NCBI GenBank assembly: GCA_043778225.1
Contig: JAYWGM010000032.1
Location: 32,001-96,000, forward strand
Reading direction: 5' to 3'
DNA length: 64,000 bases
Source: Deinococcales bacterium
Lineage (GTDB): Bacteria; Deinococcota; Deinococci; Deinococcales; JAAFIG01
Below are positions 19,646 to 28,296 of this stretch, piece after piece (within the stretch, counting starts at the first letter, position 1; the number at the start of each line of letters is the position of its first letter). The notes beneath the pieces are model-generated. The model did no database searches. It was not told the origin of the DNA and saw only the letters and a program-made list of their open reading frames with translations. A program made the position numbers and the translations under genes.

Positions 19646-19677
19646 ACGCATTACTTGTAAAAATACGAGTAATGCGT
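19646..19677 (+). terminator. Hairpin downstream of tRNA-Val (element-supplied terminator)
   Basis: ACGCATTACTTGTA-AAAA-TACGAGTAATGCGT 14-bp stem with one G-U, followed by TT. Confidence 0.65.
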
Positions 19678-19723
19678 TTGCTTATTATCCAAAGGTGAGC
19701 CTACTCACAATTGGCGGTTTCGC

Positions 19724-21295
19724 ATGACCCGCCGCTCGAGTTCCAAGACAGCCCCGAAGCTGGTTAATCAGGTGATCGATACTTTGATGATTCGCCTTAG
19801 CAAGAACGCCCAGCCTTCCCAGTGGCTGCGAGATGTTCAAAAACAGGTGATTGAGTACCGTGCCAAACTCGAGCAGAAACCAGACCTCGAGAAGTTGGTA
19901 ATTCAACACCCGGACCTTGGCAGCTTGACGGTATATGCTCGTACCGGTGGTCATTATGACTTTGGCTTGTCGAATCCTAAAATCTGTGAAATCAAAGTCT
20001 GGAATCCTGACAAGTGGGATAAAGCTGTTGCTGGTCAGACTGGACAGTTTTACATCACCTTTCGTTCTGAGTTCTTGCAATTCAAAGGCACACAAGCCGC
20101 CATAGAGTACCTAGGGTTGCTCGAGGCGGTCATGTGCAGCCCTGAACCGCTCGAGGTGCTAGAAATGCCTAGAGGTGTCTCGCCTGACTTCTGGCGTGTC
20201 TCAAACATAGACTTAACGGTAGATACCCAAGAACCTCGAGGTATGAAGTGGTCAGACCTTGACCTGTATACTTGCCGCTCTAAAAAACGGGATGCTTTTA
20301 AGAAACTGATGCTCGAGGGCATTTTTGATAGAATGATTCGGGACACCAAAAAAGCCCCCCCAAGGAATAACAAGGGGGGTGGAAACGGAAACGCAAAACC
20401 AAACCCACACGCCCCACACGAACAGAATCTAATACTCCATTCCGTTTCCCTAAAAAGTAAGGTTGCTGAATTAGCGGCGGTTCGGAATATAGACACGGAC
20501 AATTTGACATGGGTACTCGAGCGAACCCTAAGCGGTGTTGGTTTTGACCCAGACTTGGGCGAAGTCACACGGGTTGTGAGTAATGGCTCGAGTGAACTTC
20601 AAACCGTGTATTTTGGGCGTTACCAAAGCCCATTGTTTGCAAGGCGTTACGATAAACTTAACGCTCTTGCTGTGCATGGCAAAGAATTTATGCGTGATGT
20701 CTGGCTTCAAAATGGTTGGGATGGTGAATCACCCGTTTGGCGGACTGAGTTTAGGCTGTCAGGTGACTTCCTACGTGCCATAGAAATAGATGGCGCAGTG
20801 CTTGACCTGCGAGATTTTGGGATGTGCTTACTGGCAATCCCTAGACTCTGGCAGTACCTGACCCATGAATGGCTGGTACACCATACAGGTAGCCCTTACA
20901 ATGTCAGTCACGATGCAATCAGAAAACGCCCAGCCTCGGAACTTTGGACAATTATTCAAGGCGCTCATAACGCGGGTGAGGCTGGAATTGTCAGAGCGAA
21001 ACAAGAACCTAAGCCGATTCTCGAGCAGTTACAAGCCCAAGTCAAAGGTGTTACTACAAGCCTGTTAGCCAAAATGGACAGCCCAAGGTTTAGGCGTTCA
21101 ATCAATACTGTGACAGGTGAGGTTTTTGACCCTCTGACCGAATTTATAACCAGTATTGCCAAGTATTTTGGCTCAGATGAAGGTGCAAGCAAAATTAAAG
21201 CCCGTCAAATTTACTTGGGGCTTGACCCACTGAGCGACACTGCCTTATCTAATCTCGCTCGAGCCGAAATCATGGCGCTTGGGCGCGGGTCATGA
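19724..21295 (+). CDS. Rep_trans-family rolling-circle replication initiator / MOBT-like relaxase
   Basis: VSNIDLTVD, QTVYFGRYQSPLFARRYDK (catalytic Tyr region) and VWRTEFRL follow the Rep_trans motif order. Confidence 0.78.
   Translation: MTRRSSSKTAPKLVNQVIDTLMIRLSKNAQPSQWLRDVQKQVIEYRAKLEQKPDLEKLVIQHPDLGSLTVYARTGGHYDFGLSNPKICEIKVWNPDKWDKAVAGQTGQFYITFRSEFLQFKGTQAAIEYLGLLEAVMCSPEPLEVLEMPRGVSPDFWRVSNIDLTVDTQEPRGMKWSDLDLYTCRSKKRDAFKKLMLEGIFDRMIRDTKKAPPRNNKGGGNGNAKPNPHAPHEQNLILHSVSLKSKVAELAAVRNIDTDNLTWVLERTLSGVGFDPDLGEVTRVVSNGSSELQTVYFGRYQSPLFARRYDKLNALAVHGKEFMRDVWLQNGWDGESPVWRTEFRLSGDFLRAIEIDGAVLDLRDFGMCLLAIPRLWQYLTHEWLVHHTGSPYNVSHDAIRKRPASELWTIIQGAHNAGEAGIVRAKQEPKPILEQLQAQVKGVTTSLLAKMDSPRFRRSINTVTGEVFDPLTEFITSIAKYFGSDEGASKIKARQIYLGLDPLSDTALSNLARAEIMALGRGS
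20354..20380 (+). other. Candidate double-strand origin / nic hairpin inside the rep gene
   Basis: GCCCCCCC-AAGGAATAACAA-GGGGGGT: polyC/polyG stem with TAACA in the loop. Confidence 0.7.
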
Positions 21296-21328
21296 TTTTG
21301 GCTTGAGTGACTGGCAAAGCTAAAAAGC

Positions 21329-21754
21329 CTAAGAATGCTCGAGCATTGCCAAAAACGTTGTCGGGTCAATCACAGCAGTCTGTCCAATGTTCCCCAGTGG
21401 CAACAAATGGCGCTTATCACTGCTCACAAGATAGTCAGCTTGCCCATTGATTGCCATGCTTAACAGGTACACGTCTTTGCGGTCTGGAATGCTTGGCTCG
21501 AGTCCAGTTGTGAAAGGACTAACTTCTGTACCTAACGTTTTAATCTGGCTTATCAGCGTTTCGACTCGAGCGCTTTTAAGTCGGGTAATCAGCTTGGGAT
21601 ATGTGGCTACTTCCCGAATCTCAAAGAACTGGTAATCGCTGTACAGCAATACAAACGCCCCACCCATCCAATAATCAAGTATCAAACCCTTTTCGGCTTG
21701 TGGGGCGAGTAAAGCAGAGATAAAAACATTGGTATCCAGAATGACGCGCTTCAT
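21329..21754 (-). CDS. PIN-domain toxin
   Basis: VILDTNVFISALL..DRKDVYLL..ADYLVSSDKRHLL. Confidence 0.92.
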   Translation of the reverse strand: MKRVILDTNVFISALLAPQAEKGLILDYWMGGAFVLLYSDYQFFEIREVATYPKLITRLKSARVETLISQIKTLGTEVSPFTTGLEPSIPDRKDVYLLSMAINGQADYLVSSDKRHLLPLGNIGQTAVIDPTTFLAMLEHS

Positions 21755-21981
21755 GCAGTGCCACGAATGGCGGCTAGAGCTTCTTCGGCTAAGGCATCGG
21801 CTTGCTCTGGCGTTAAATCCGCGTTTGCTTCGTCTGGCTCGAGAATAATAAGGCGGTTGCGTTCAATCGCTTCTAAAGCTGTGAATGCTCTGGTCATGGC
21901 ATCTTCTCGGGTCATACCTCGAGTGCTGCGAATCGCATCTAAGCGGCTTAGGTTGTCGGGTGAGACTTCAATCAGTGGCAT
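21751..21981 (-). CDS. Cognate antitoxin (RHH-like)
   Basis: MPLIEVSPDNLSRLDAIRSTRGMTREDAM, acidic C-terminus, ATGA overlap with the toxin, TACAAT 6 nt before ATG. Confidence 0.75.
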   Translation of the reverse strand: MPLIEVSPDNLSRLDAIRSTRGMTREDAMTRAFTALEAIERNRLIILEPDEANADLTPEQADALAEEALAAIRGTA

Positions 21982-22178
21982 GGATGAATTGTATAACAGC
22001 TTGCTCGAGGTGTCTGTATTCCCTCGCGGCGGTGGTTGTTCACAAGTGCGCGGTCCAGTCTGTCCGGGCGCTCGAGTCTCATGAGTCAAAACCCCTAGGC
22101 GAAGTTAAGACAATTGCGTTCGATGCTGAGACAAATCCAGCCGGATAACTTGCTGCTCGAGCAAGTAAACTTGCAAAT

Positions 22179-22421
22179 ATGCAGACCAAAACTTTTACTC
22201 ATACCCAAAAGCGAAGCAAGCGCGTGGTTGTAATTTACGATGTTCCTATAAGTCGAACGTTACCCGATGGCACAGAGCTTTTAAGTATGCCCATTGCAGA
22301 ACAAGTTGATAGCCTACTGAATCGCGCTCTAGCTCTTGGGATGCCTAGAGTTGAATTATGGTTTATAGTAAAAACTAAATCCAGTAAAAAAATCGATGCT
22401 AAGACAAATCCAGTCGAATAA
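22179..22421 (+). CDS. Small hypothetical protein
   Basis: TAAACT 7 nt before ATG; VVIYDVP..GTELLS resembles a Cys-less YgiT/MqsA-type N-domain. Confidence 0.55.
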   Translation: MQTKTFTHTQKRSKRVVVIYDVPISRTLPDGTELLSMPIAEQVDSLLNRALALGMPRVELWFIVKTKSSKKIDAKTNPVE

Positions 22422-22482
22422 CCCTAAGACGGTTACTGCTGCGTGGCTGTGGTTTGCTGCTCGAGCGAGTAAACTTATAAAT

Positions 22483-22647
22483 ATGCAAAACACAAATATC
22501 AAACAAGCATGGGCAAAACTGGCATTACTGGTTGGTGCGGTGGTCGTTGTAAAGGTTGTGGTCTCAAAAATGCCACCAATTGCCAAAGGTTTGACGGGTC
22601 AGGTTCTCGAGCGTAGCTTATCAGGCATTATGCAAAAAATTGTATAG
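22483..22647 (+). CDS. Small basic single-TM peptide (54 aa)
   Basis: TAAACT 7 nt before ATG; WAKLALLVGAVVVVKVVVSK hydrophobic helix. Confidence 0.55.
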   Translation: MQNTNIKQAWAKLALLVGAVVVVKVVVSKMPPIAKGLTGQVLERSLSGIMQKIV

Positions 22648-22741
22648 ATTCTCGATATTTTGCCCATAAATTGTATAAATATGCAAAAAACTACATACTC
22701 GAGCCTGTTGTAAGCTGTTTCATGATTTCTCGAGTTTTTGT

Positions 22742-23020
22742 GTGCGGTGGTTGCCAGTGAAGCCAGTAATTGCCGTACTTGGCTTGGCGGTCAATCCAAT
22801 TGTTGATGAGTTCATAGAGTGGGGTAAGCAACTCGAGGCAATCAGCAACAAACTAAAACAGATGCGGCGAAAGCACCCCAAGCGCGAGGACTTAGAAATA
22901 GAGTTCTCCATTCTGCTGATGCACATAGAGATACGCTCGAGGTGCTTGCAAGAAACAATTGACGAAGTGGAAGAAGCAGAATACGAAAAACGCAAAAAGA
23001 AGAAAAAGAAAGCCAAATAA
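22742..23020 (+). CDS. Hypothetical coiled-coil protein, start uncertain
   Basis: Charged helical ORF with a poly-Lys tail. Confidence 0.45.
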   Translation: MRWLPVKPVIAVLGLAVNPIVDEFIEWGKQLEAISNKLKQMRRKHPKREDLEIEFSILLMHIEIRSRCLQETIDEVEEAEYEKRKKKKKKAK

Positions 23021-23079
23021 AACACGGTATACACCGACTCTGGACACGTTTTTTCTGGTGTCGAACGTGCGAGACCGTT

Positions 23080-23118
23080 AAATGGATTGACCGTGATTTT
23101 TACATGGTCAATCTATTT
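23080..23118. other. 16-bp hairpin in the convergent intergenic region (terminator or single-strand origin part)
   Basis: AAATGGATTGACCGTG-ATTTTTA-CATGGTCAATCTATTT with two G-T pairs. Confidence 0.5.
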
Positions 23119-23270
23119 TTAACCTAAAATTCTTGGCACGGTTTACCAATTTGGCGTTTATGCCTGTTTACGCTTTGCAAACACACGAAGCATAGTAACC
23201 GTATATTCTGCGTGCTACACAATAGGTACTTAAAATCGTTTACCCGTGCAGTACCAGTAAACTCGAGCGT

Positions 23271-23753
23271 TTACGGCTTAGAATTCGATTGCTTTTGAAG
23301 CTCGAGTAAAGCCTGTTCTTTGGTTATGCCATTTCTTATAAAATCCCAAAATTGGAAACGTTGTTCTTGATTAAATGGCTGTAAATACTCAGGTACACGA
23401 CTTTTTGACTTGTCCCTGTACTCATCCAAAGAAACCCCTTTATCTCTAGCTGTCAAATGGTCAGACCAAGCACTTACGAGCCTACTAAGTTCAGCCGTTT
23501 TGTTTGTGATTCGTTGGCGGTACTCCTTCCAGTTTGAAGGTGGTGGTTCGTCTATTTCAAAAAGTACGCCTACTGGCATTTGGCGGGTATCCGAAGAATT
23601 AAAAACCTTCAAACGAACATACTCAGAAATAGTTAAGCCCTGCTCTTCTGCAATAATCTCCAGATACTCTCTAGCTTCTGGGGAAATTGTCAAACTTATT
23701 TGATTTCTTGGACTAGCTGCTCGAGGTCGTCCTATTTTTCCATTTTTGGTCAT
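23271..23753 (-). CDS. Ribbon-helix-helix DNA-binding protein (putative element repressor)
   Basis: GRPR..QISLTISPEAREYLEIIAEEQGLTISEYVR; TATTCT 7 nt before ATG. Confidence 0.75.
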   Translation of the reverse strand: MTKNGKIGRPRAASPRNQISLTISPEAREYLEIIAEEQGLTISEYVRLKVFNSSDTRQMPVGVLFEIDEPPPSNWKEYRQRITNKTAELSRLVSAWSDHLTARDKGVSLDEYRDKSKSRVPEYLQPFNQEQRFQFWDFIRNGITKEQALLELQKQSNSKP

Positions 23754-23774
23754 ACACACCAGAATACTGTTTTG

Positions 23775-23857
23775 CACCTCAAAAAATACTTTAAGAGTTG
23801 CATTTTTACTTTTTGAGGTGTAATGTAATCGCATCTCAAAAAACGTAAACGAGATGC
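23775..23857. promoter_or_regulatory. Paired inverted repeats in the divergent control region (candidate operators)
   Basis: CACCTCAAAAA...TTTTTGAGGTG (23775-23820) and GCATCTC...GAGATGC (23831-23857). Confidence 0.6.
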
Positions 23858-24014
23858 AAGTGAATAATCGAGTAGTGAAAACACAAGTTTATTAAGTCCT
23901 AGAAACATTTTTTCCTGTATCGAACGCTCGAGTCAAGCGTGACATTTCTCAACTGATATACGAAACTGGTCTCTAGGCAAAAACGTAAACCAATTCAGAT
24001 AAGGAGTAACAAAA

Positions 24015-24266
24015 ATGGCGCATACAAGAATTTGTAAAGTCCCTGACGCAGTTCACAGGCGCGTTATGGCACTTTCGGAAGAAAAAGGAATCACTTTCGC
24101 GGCTGCGCTCGAGGTTCTGCTTGAACGTGGCGAGGCAGCACTTGCAGAACTCGAGGCGCGTGGTCATCGGATGCGCCCATTACCCCCACTTACGCCTAAG
24201 AATCTCGGCTTAAATTCGTCCGTGAATGGTTTTAACCGTTCTGCATCTCGTTCAATCAATTTTTAA
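24015..24266 (+). CDS. Small RHH-like DNA-binding protein
   Basis: RICKVPDAVHRRVMALSEEKGITFAAALEVLL; RBS AAGGAG. Confidence 0.7.
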   Translation: MAHTRICKVPDAVHRRVMALSEEKGITFAAALEVLLERGEAALAELEARGHRMRPLPPLTPKNLGLNSSVNGFNRSASRSINF

Positions 24267-24274
24267 GGAGTTGT

Positions 24275-24949
24275 ATGGCTAAACTTGTTTATCCTGAAAG
24301 TATCGAAGCCCGTGCGCTTGAGTACAAAAATAGTGGTTATAGCGCCCAAGAAACCCTGTACGGTTTGCAAGCTGATTATCCAAACTTGGCAAGTCAAATC
24401 AGGCTCGAGAATGATTCTGTCCTTCCGCCCCTCACCCCAAAGGGTCAGCCATTGTCAGGTGTTGGTATTGCTGCCGATGCTCTCGCCCAAGCCCTCGAGA
24501 AGGTCTACTTCAAAGGGCGCGAGGATGTGCAGCAGGACATCAAAATAGAAGAGCAAGAACAAAGAATCGAAGAACTCGAGGCGCAACAAATGACCCTCGA
24601 GGGTTTGGCTCGGGCTGCTCTGAGTGGTCAAGTTAATCACTTGCAACAACACCAAGCCTTAGAAGATGGCACAATCAAAAGGCTGTCCCCTGCTGATTCG
24701 CTCATGGCAATTATTGCCGAACTCGAGAACGCTGGACTTGACCCTCAATCTATTATTGCATCGCTTCCCAGTGGTGCAAAAGGTTTTGCCGAGAAGCGCT
24801 TAAAGGGCTTGCCCACCACACAAGCCGATGAACAAGCGCTCGAGGATGACCAAGCAGAATTCGACGAAGAAATTGAACAAGAAGAATACGATGCTGCTGC
24901 TAAACGGTTTAACGAGTTTGCAAAACAAAAAGAGAAGGGTCTCAAGTGA
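24275..24949 (+). CDS. Acidic coiled-coil hypothetical protein
   Basis: RBS AAGGAG; 224-aa ORF in the operon. Confidence 0.75.
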   Translation: MAKLVYPESIEARALEYKNSGYSAQETLYGLQADYPNLASQIRLENDSVLPPLTPKGQPLSGVGIAADALAQALEKVYFKGREDVQQDIKIEEQEQRIEELEAQQMTLEGLARAALSGQVNHLQQHQALEDGTIKRLSPADSLMAIIAELENAGLDPQSIIASLPSGAKGFAEKRLKGLPTTQADEQALEDDQAEFDEEIEQEEYDAAAKRFNEFAKQKEKGLK

Positions 24950-25236
24950 ACACCTTGAATGTTGACCCAAAAACGGCGGCTATGGTGGTAGTCGCCGCCA
25001 AAAAAGCGGGTGCTGCTCAAGCCCTCGAGACTGGCAAACTCGAAGGTAAAAGCACAGGCTTAACTTTTGGCTTTGCTGCTGCTGGATTGCTTGGCGTGGC
25101 AGCCGTTGCTTTTGTTGTTCTGCAAAATAAACAAAGCAACGACAAAAAAGAAGCCGACAATCAAAAGCAGTACACGGCAGCCCTCGAGAATCGGGTTATG
25201 CGAATTCCAGAGGAACAAAAACGGGCGTACCTATGA
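24946..25236 (+). CDS. Single-TM hypothetical protein
   Basis: GTGA overlap; FGFAAAGLLGVAAVAFVVL helix. Confidence 0.7.
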   Translation: MNTLNVDPKTAAMVVVAAKKAGAAQALETGKLEGKSTGLTFGFAAAGLLGVAAVAFVVLQNKQSNDKKEADNQKQYTAALENRVMRIPEEQKRAYL

Positions 25237-25409
25237 CCCTAGAGTCTATCAAAGTTGGTATGACTGTTTTTAGTGGCTTAGGCAAGGCGTACAAAGTTCT
25301 CGAGGTGGATAAAAAGCAGCGCTTCCCTGTTCTTGTGCAGAGCTTGACCAATGGCACGACAGGACGCTTTTCACCCTCGAGTCTGCACATTCAAAAGGCG
25401 GCGTATTGA
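25233..25409 (+). CDS. 58-aa protein missed by the ORF track, SH3/KOW-like pattern
   Basis: ATGA overlap; MTLESIKVGMTVFSGLGKAYKVLEVDKKQRFPVLVQSLTNGTTGRFSPSSLHIQKAAY fills the operon gap exactly. Confidence 0.7.
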   Translation: MTLESIKVGMTVFSGLGKAYKVLEVDKKQRFPVLVQSLTNGTTGRFSPSSLHIQKAAY

Positions 25410-25411
25410 CT

Positions 25412-25744
25412 ATGCCAATGCTTGAAAGCCCAAGAATTTATTACGAAGGTCGAATCTTGTTTTGGTTGGCACAATATGGTAAAGCCAACGGCAAAAAACT
25501 CGCAAAGCAAATGTCACTCGAAACCGTTACCAGTTCTACAACTTTTTCCTTACTAAAATCTTTAGTTAAAGTTGGGAAAATTGAAATTGTCAAAAAAGGT
25601 AGTGAACCACATCTAAATGTGTATGCTTTAAGCTCTAAAAAGCCAGTAAAAGATGAAGCCAGAAAATCAAATACACCTTTTAAGCAATCGGTTGCCAAAC
25701 CAAAAGGCGGCGGTTTTTTTGCGCGTTTGTTTCGTGGTCGTTAA
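25412..25744 (+). CDS. Winged-helix DNA-binding protein
   Basis: ILFWLAQYGKANGKKLAKQM..SSTTFSLLKSLVKVGKIE..VYAL. Confidence 0.7.
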   Translation: MPMLESPRIYYEGRILFWLAQYGKANGKKLAKQMSLETVTSSTTFSLLKSLVKVGKIEIVKKGSEPHLNVYALSSKKPVKDEARKSNTPFKQSVAKPKGGGFFARLFRGR

Positions 25745-25828
25745 TTCGTCCTCTCACCCGTATTGACGGTGCAAAGAAAAGACCACGCTCTACATACCTT
25801 GCCGGGTAAGCGTGGTCAAAAGGAAACT

Positions 25829-26155
25829 ATGAATACTGTAGCCGAAAATCATCAAAATATCAACTCTGTCTTTACACCTGAACAGCAAGAAGCCTTTGAA
25901 AATCTTGCTCGAGCCATGCGTTACTTTAATAAAAATGCGCTTCATGGTTGCCCAACAATCAAGGATTCTGATAATCTCGAGGCTTCGATATATCGCGTTA
26001 TTGCGTTACTAAGCGGCGCTTCGGATAATCATCATATTAAAGCGATGGCTCTGAAAGCCTTTGCTGATGCTTTGCGTCTGGCTAACCTCGAGTCCCTGAG
26101 CGGTTCGCGCACTTCCGAAGATAGCCCACTGTTTGGAGGTGCTGCCCATGTCTAA
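25829..26155 (+). CDS. Hypothetical protein
   Basis: RBS AAGGA before ATG; overlaps the next gene. Confidence 0.65.
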   Translation: MNTVAENHQNINSVFTPEQQEAFENLARAMRYFNKNALHGCPTIKDSDNLEASIYRVIALLSGASDNHHIKAMALKAFADALRLANLESLSGSRTSEDSPLFGGAAHV

Positions 26156-26558
26156 CTTTCTTGGTTTAGTGGTCGGTACACAACCAACAGCATCGTCTGA
26201 AAATTCATTTACTGCTTTTACCTCAGTCATTCCAGATGTTGACTCGAGTTTCTTTAGGCGTGGTGTGTTCTCTCGCCATGCGGGTTTCTTGACCATCCCA
26301 CGTACTGCCGATGTAACGGCACTGACAGAACAGTTTGACTCTTGGTTGCGTGTCCATCCTGATGTCCGAATCTGGAAAAGCATTTGTGAAATCCATTCAA
26401 AATCAGCTTTGTTTGTCCTGTATATCTCGAGTGAAACATCAAAAACACACTTAAAAGAAGCCTTAAAAAGTTTGTGCATTCACTTAAAAACACAAAAGTA
26501 TTTACAGTCTGGTTGCCGTTGGATAAATGTGCTTGACCGGGGAGTTGAAATAGAATGA
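26148..26558 (+). CDS. Hypothetical protein
   Basis: RBS GGAGG; overlaps both neighbours. Confidence 0.65.
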   Translation: MSNFLGLVVGTQPTASSENSFTAFTSVIPDVDSSFFRRGVFSRHAGFLTIPRTADVTALTEQFDSWLRVHPDVRIWKSICEIHSKSALFVLYISSETSKTHLKEALKSLCIHLKTQKYLQSGCRWINVLDRGVEIE

Positions 26559-26737
26559 GTAAGCCTGCCCGTATCCCTGCCATTGTCATCCGTGCCGATT
26601 GGCAAGCCGAAAATCTCGAGCAGAAAGCCCTCGAGCGTCAAGAAGCCCGTCTCGAGTTTCGCCGTGAATTGGCAACCCTCGAGCGTGAAGAACTGAGAAT
26701 TGAAAAACTTGAGGACGAATCTGAGGTGTCACCATGA
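26555..26737 (+). CDS. Small coiled-coil protein
   Basis: ATGA overlaps at both ends. Confidence 0.6.
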   Translation: MSKPARIPAIVIRADWQAENLEQKALERQEARLEFRRELATLEREELRIEKLEDESEVSP

Positions 26738-27114
26738 CCCGTGCTGTTATGGCGTTGCTGCTGGCTGGTACGCCCCTGTGCATTGCTGCTCGAGCGGCAC
26801 AGGCTTGTGATTGCGATGATTGCGGTAAGCGTTCGTCTGGCTTGGCTCGAGGCTCAATCAGTGCCTTTAATCGCTTTGGTGTGGCTGTTCTCCATTACTG
26901 CCCTACTTGCACCAAACAAGCCCCGCCTTTGCTGAGTTTGTATGGTCTGAATGCTGTTTATATCAAGTCTGCCAAAGACCAGACTTTCAAGCCGTTGCCT
27001 GTCTCTGCCCCAGAACCAAAAGCCATTCAAAAAATCAACAGGAAAACCCAGTTTAGGCGCTTACAAGAACTTGGTCATGGCTTCCCGTGGCAACGTCAAA
27101 GGCGTTACTCATGA
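26734..27114 (+). CDS. Putative zinc-finger protein
   Basis: CDCDDC...CPTC; RBS GAGG; ATGA overlap with the integrase. Confidence 0.6.
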   Translation: MTRAVMALLLAGTPLCIAARAAQACDCDDCGKRSSGLARGSISAFNRFGVAVLHYCPTCTKQAPPLLSLYGLNAVYIKSAKDQTFKPLPVSAPEPKAIQKINRKTQFRRLQELGHGFPWQRQRRYS

Positions 27115-28217
27115 CCAAACGCATTCTTAAAAATCAGAACAATCCAAAATCCAAAGCCTTATCTGTTGTGGATTCGTCACCCTCGAGTATTTACGGGCGT
27201 GGTGCAGCCGATAGAGTCGCGGGTCTAACGACTTTACAGCGTGGTGTTTTGCCTACGCCTCAAATGCTGCTTGGTGTTTGGCTCGAGCATTTTGTGACTT
27301 CCGAGACCCACACCCAGACCCGTAGCACCAAGGTCAATGCAAGGTCTTATCTAAAGCGAATCCTGCCCGAATTAGGCGGGGTTCGTTTGGGTACAATTAA
27401 CCCGCTTATGTTGCGTTCGTTTATGGATTCAATCACCGATTTTTCGGGTAGTACCCAGCAGAAAATCCATGGCTTACTGAAACGTGCCTTGCAAGATGTG
27501 GTTAATCTCGAGGTGTTGGCACGTAACCCGATGAATGCGGTTAAACGTCCAAAGCTAAAACCAGTCAATGAGACTGAACCGCTCGAGCCTGAACAGGTCG
27601 AGAAACTGGTGAAGCTCTTAGTCGGTCATCGGCTCGAGTTGCTGTTTCATCTTTGCTTGGCGTGTGGCTTACGAATCGGTGAGGCGTGTGCTTTGTGTTG
27701 GGATAATCTGCGCGGGTCGGTTCTGCAAGTCAACCACACCTTAAATCGTTTGTACTCTAAGCAAAATGGCGAAAAACTCTTCCATCCTGCCAAGTCGGGT
27801 AGCGCTCGAGAATTGCGTTTAGATACTGGCACACTGGCATTGTTTGCCCAGCACAAAGCCCAACAAGACCAAGAACAAAAACACCAAGGTTTGGGCTTTA
27901 ATCCATTTGCTTTGGTCTTTGTGTCTACCACTGGCACACCTTTGGATGCCAAGAATTTTTATAACCGTGTGTTTAGAGACCTTCTCGAGCAAGCTGGACT
28001 ACGCGCCCAAGGAACTCACGCCATGCGTAAAACCTATGCCACTTTGGCGGCGGTGATGCTACCGATTCAGGATGTACAGCAAAGACTCGGACACAAAGAC
28101 CCGCGTATGACTTTGCGGGTTTATGCCAAGAATCAGGCACGGCGAAATGTCAAAGCAGCTATTCCACTGTCTGAACTGATTGCAGCTTCAAAGATTGACG
28201 AGGATACGAATGTTTAG
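27111..28217 (+). CDS. int: Tyrosine recombinase/integrase
   Basis: GLRIGE (R), AKS (K), HAMR (HxxR), LGH, TLRVY (Y): complete catalytic set. Confidence 0.95.
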   Translation: MTKRILKNQNNPKSKALSVVDSSPSSIYGRGAADRVAGLTTLQRGVLPTPQMLLGVWLEHFVTSETHTQTRSTKVNARSYLKRILPELGGVRLGTINPLMLRSFMDSITDFSGSTQQKIHGLLKRALQDVVNLEVLARNPMNAVKRPKLKPVNETEPLEPEQVEKLVKLLVGHRLELLFHLCLACGLRIGEACALCWDNLRGSVLQVNHTLNRLYSKQNGEKLFHPAKSGSARELRLDTGTLALFAQHKAQQDQEQKHQGLGFNPFALVFVSTTGTPLDAKNFYNRVFRDLLEQAGLRAQGTHAMRKTYATLAAVMLPIQDVQQRLGHKDPRMTLRVYAKNQARRNVKAAIPLSELIAASKIDEDTNV

Positions 28218-28296
28218 TATTTTGGGGTCATGGTTGGGCGTGGGTTTTTCTCACGTCACACAAGCAATTTTCCAATACTATATAAAAGTAAAGCAT

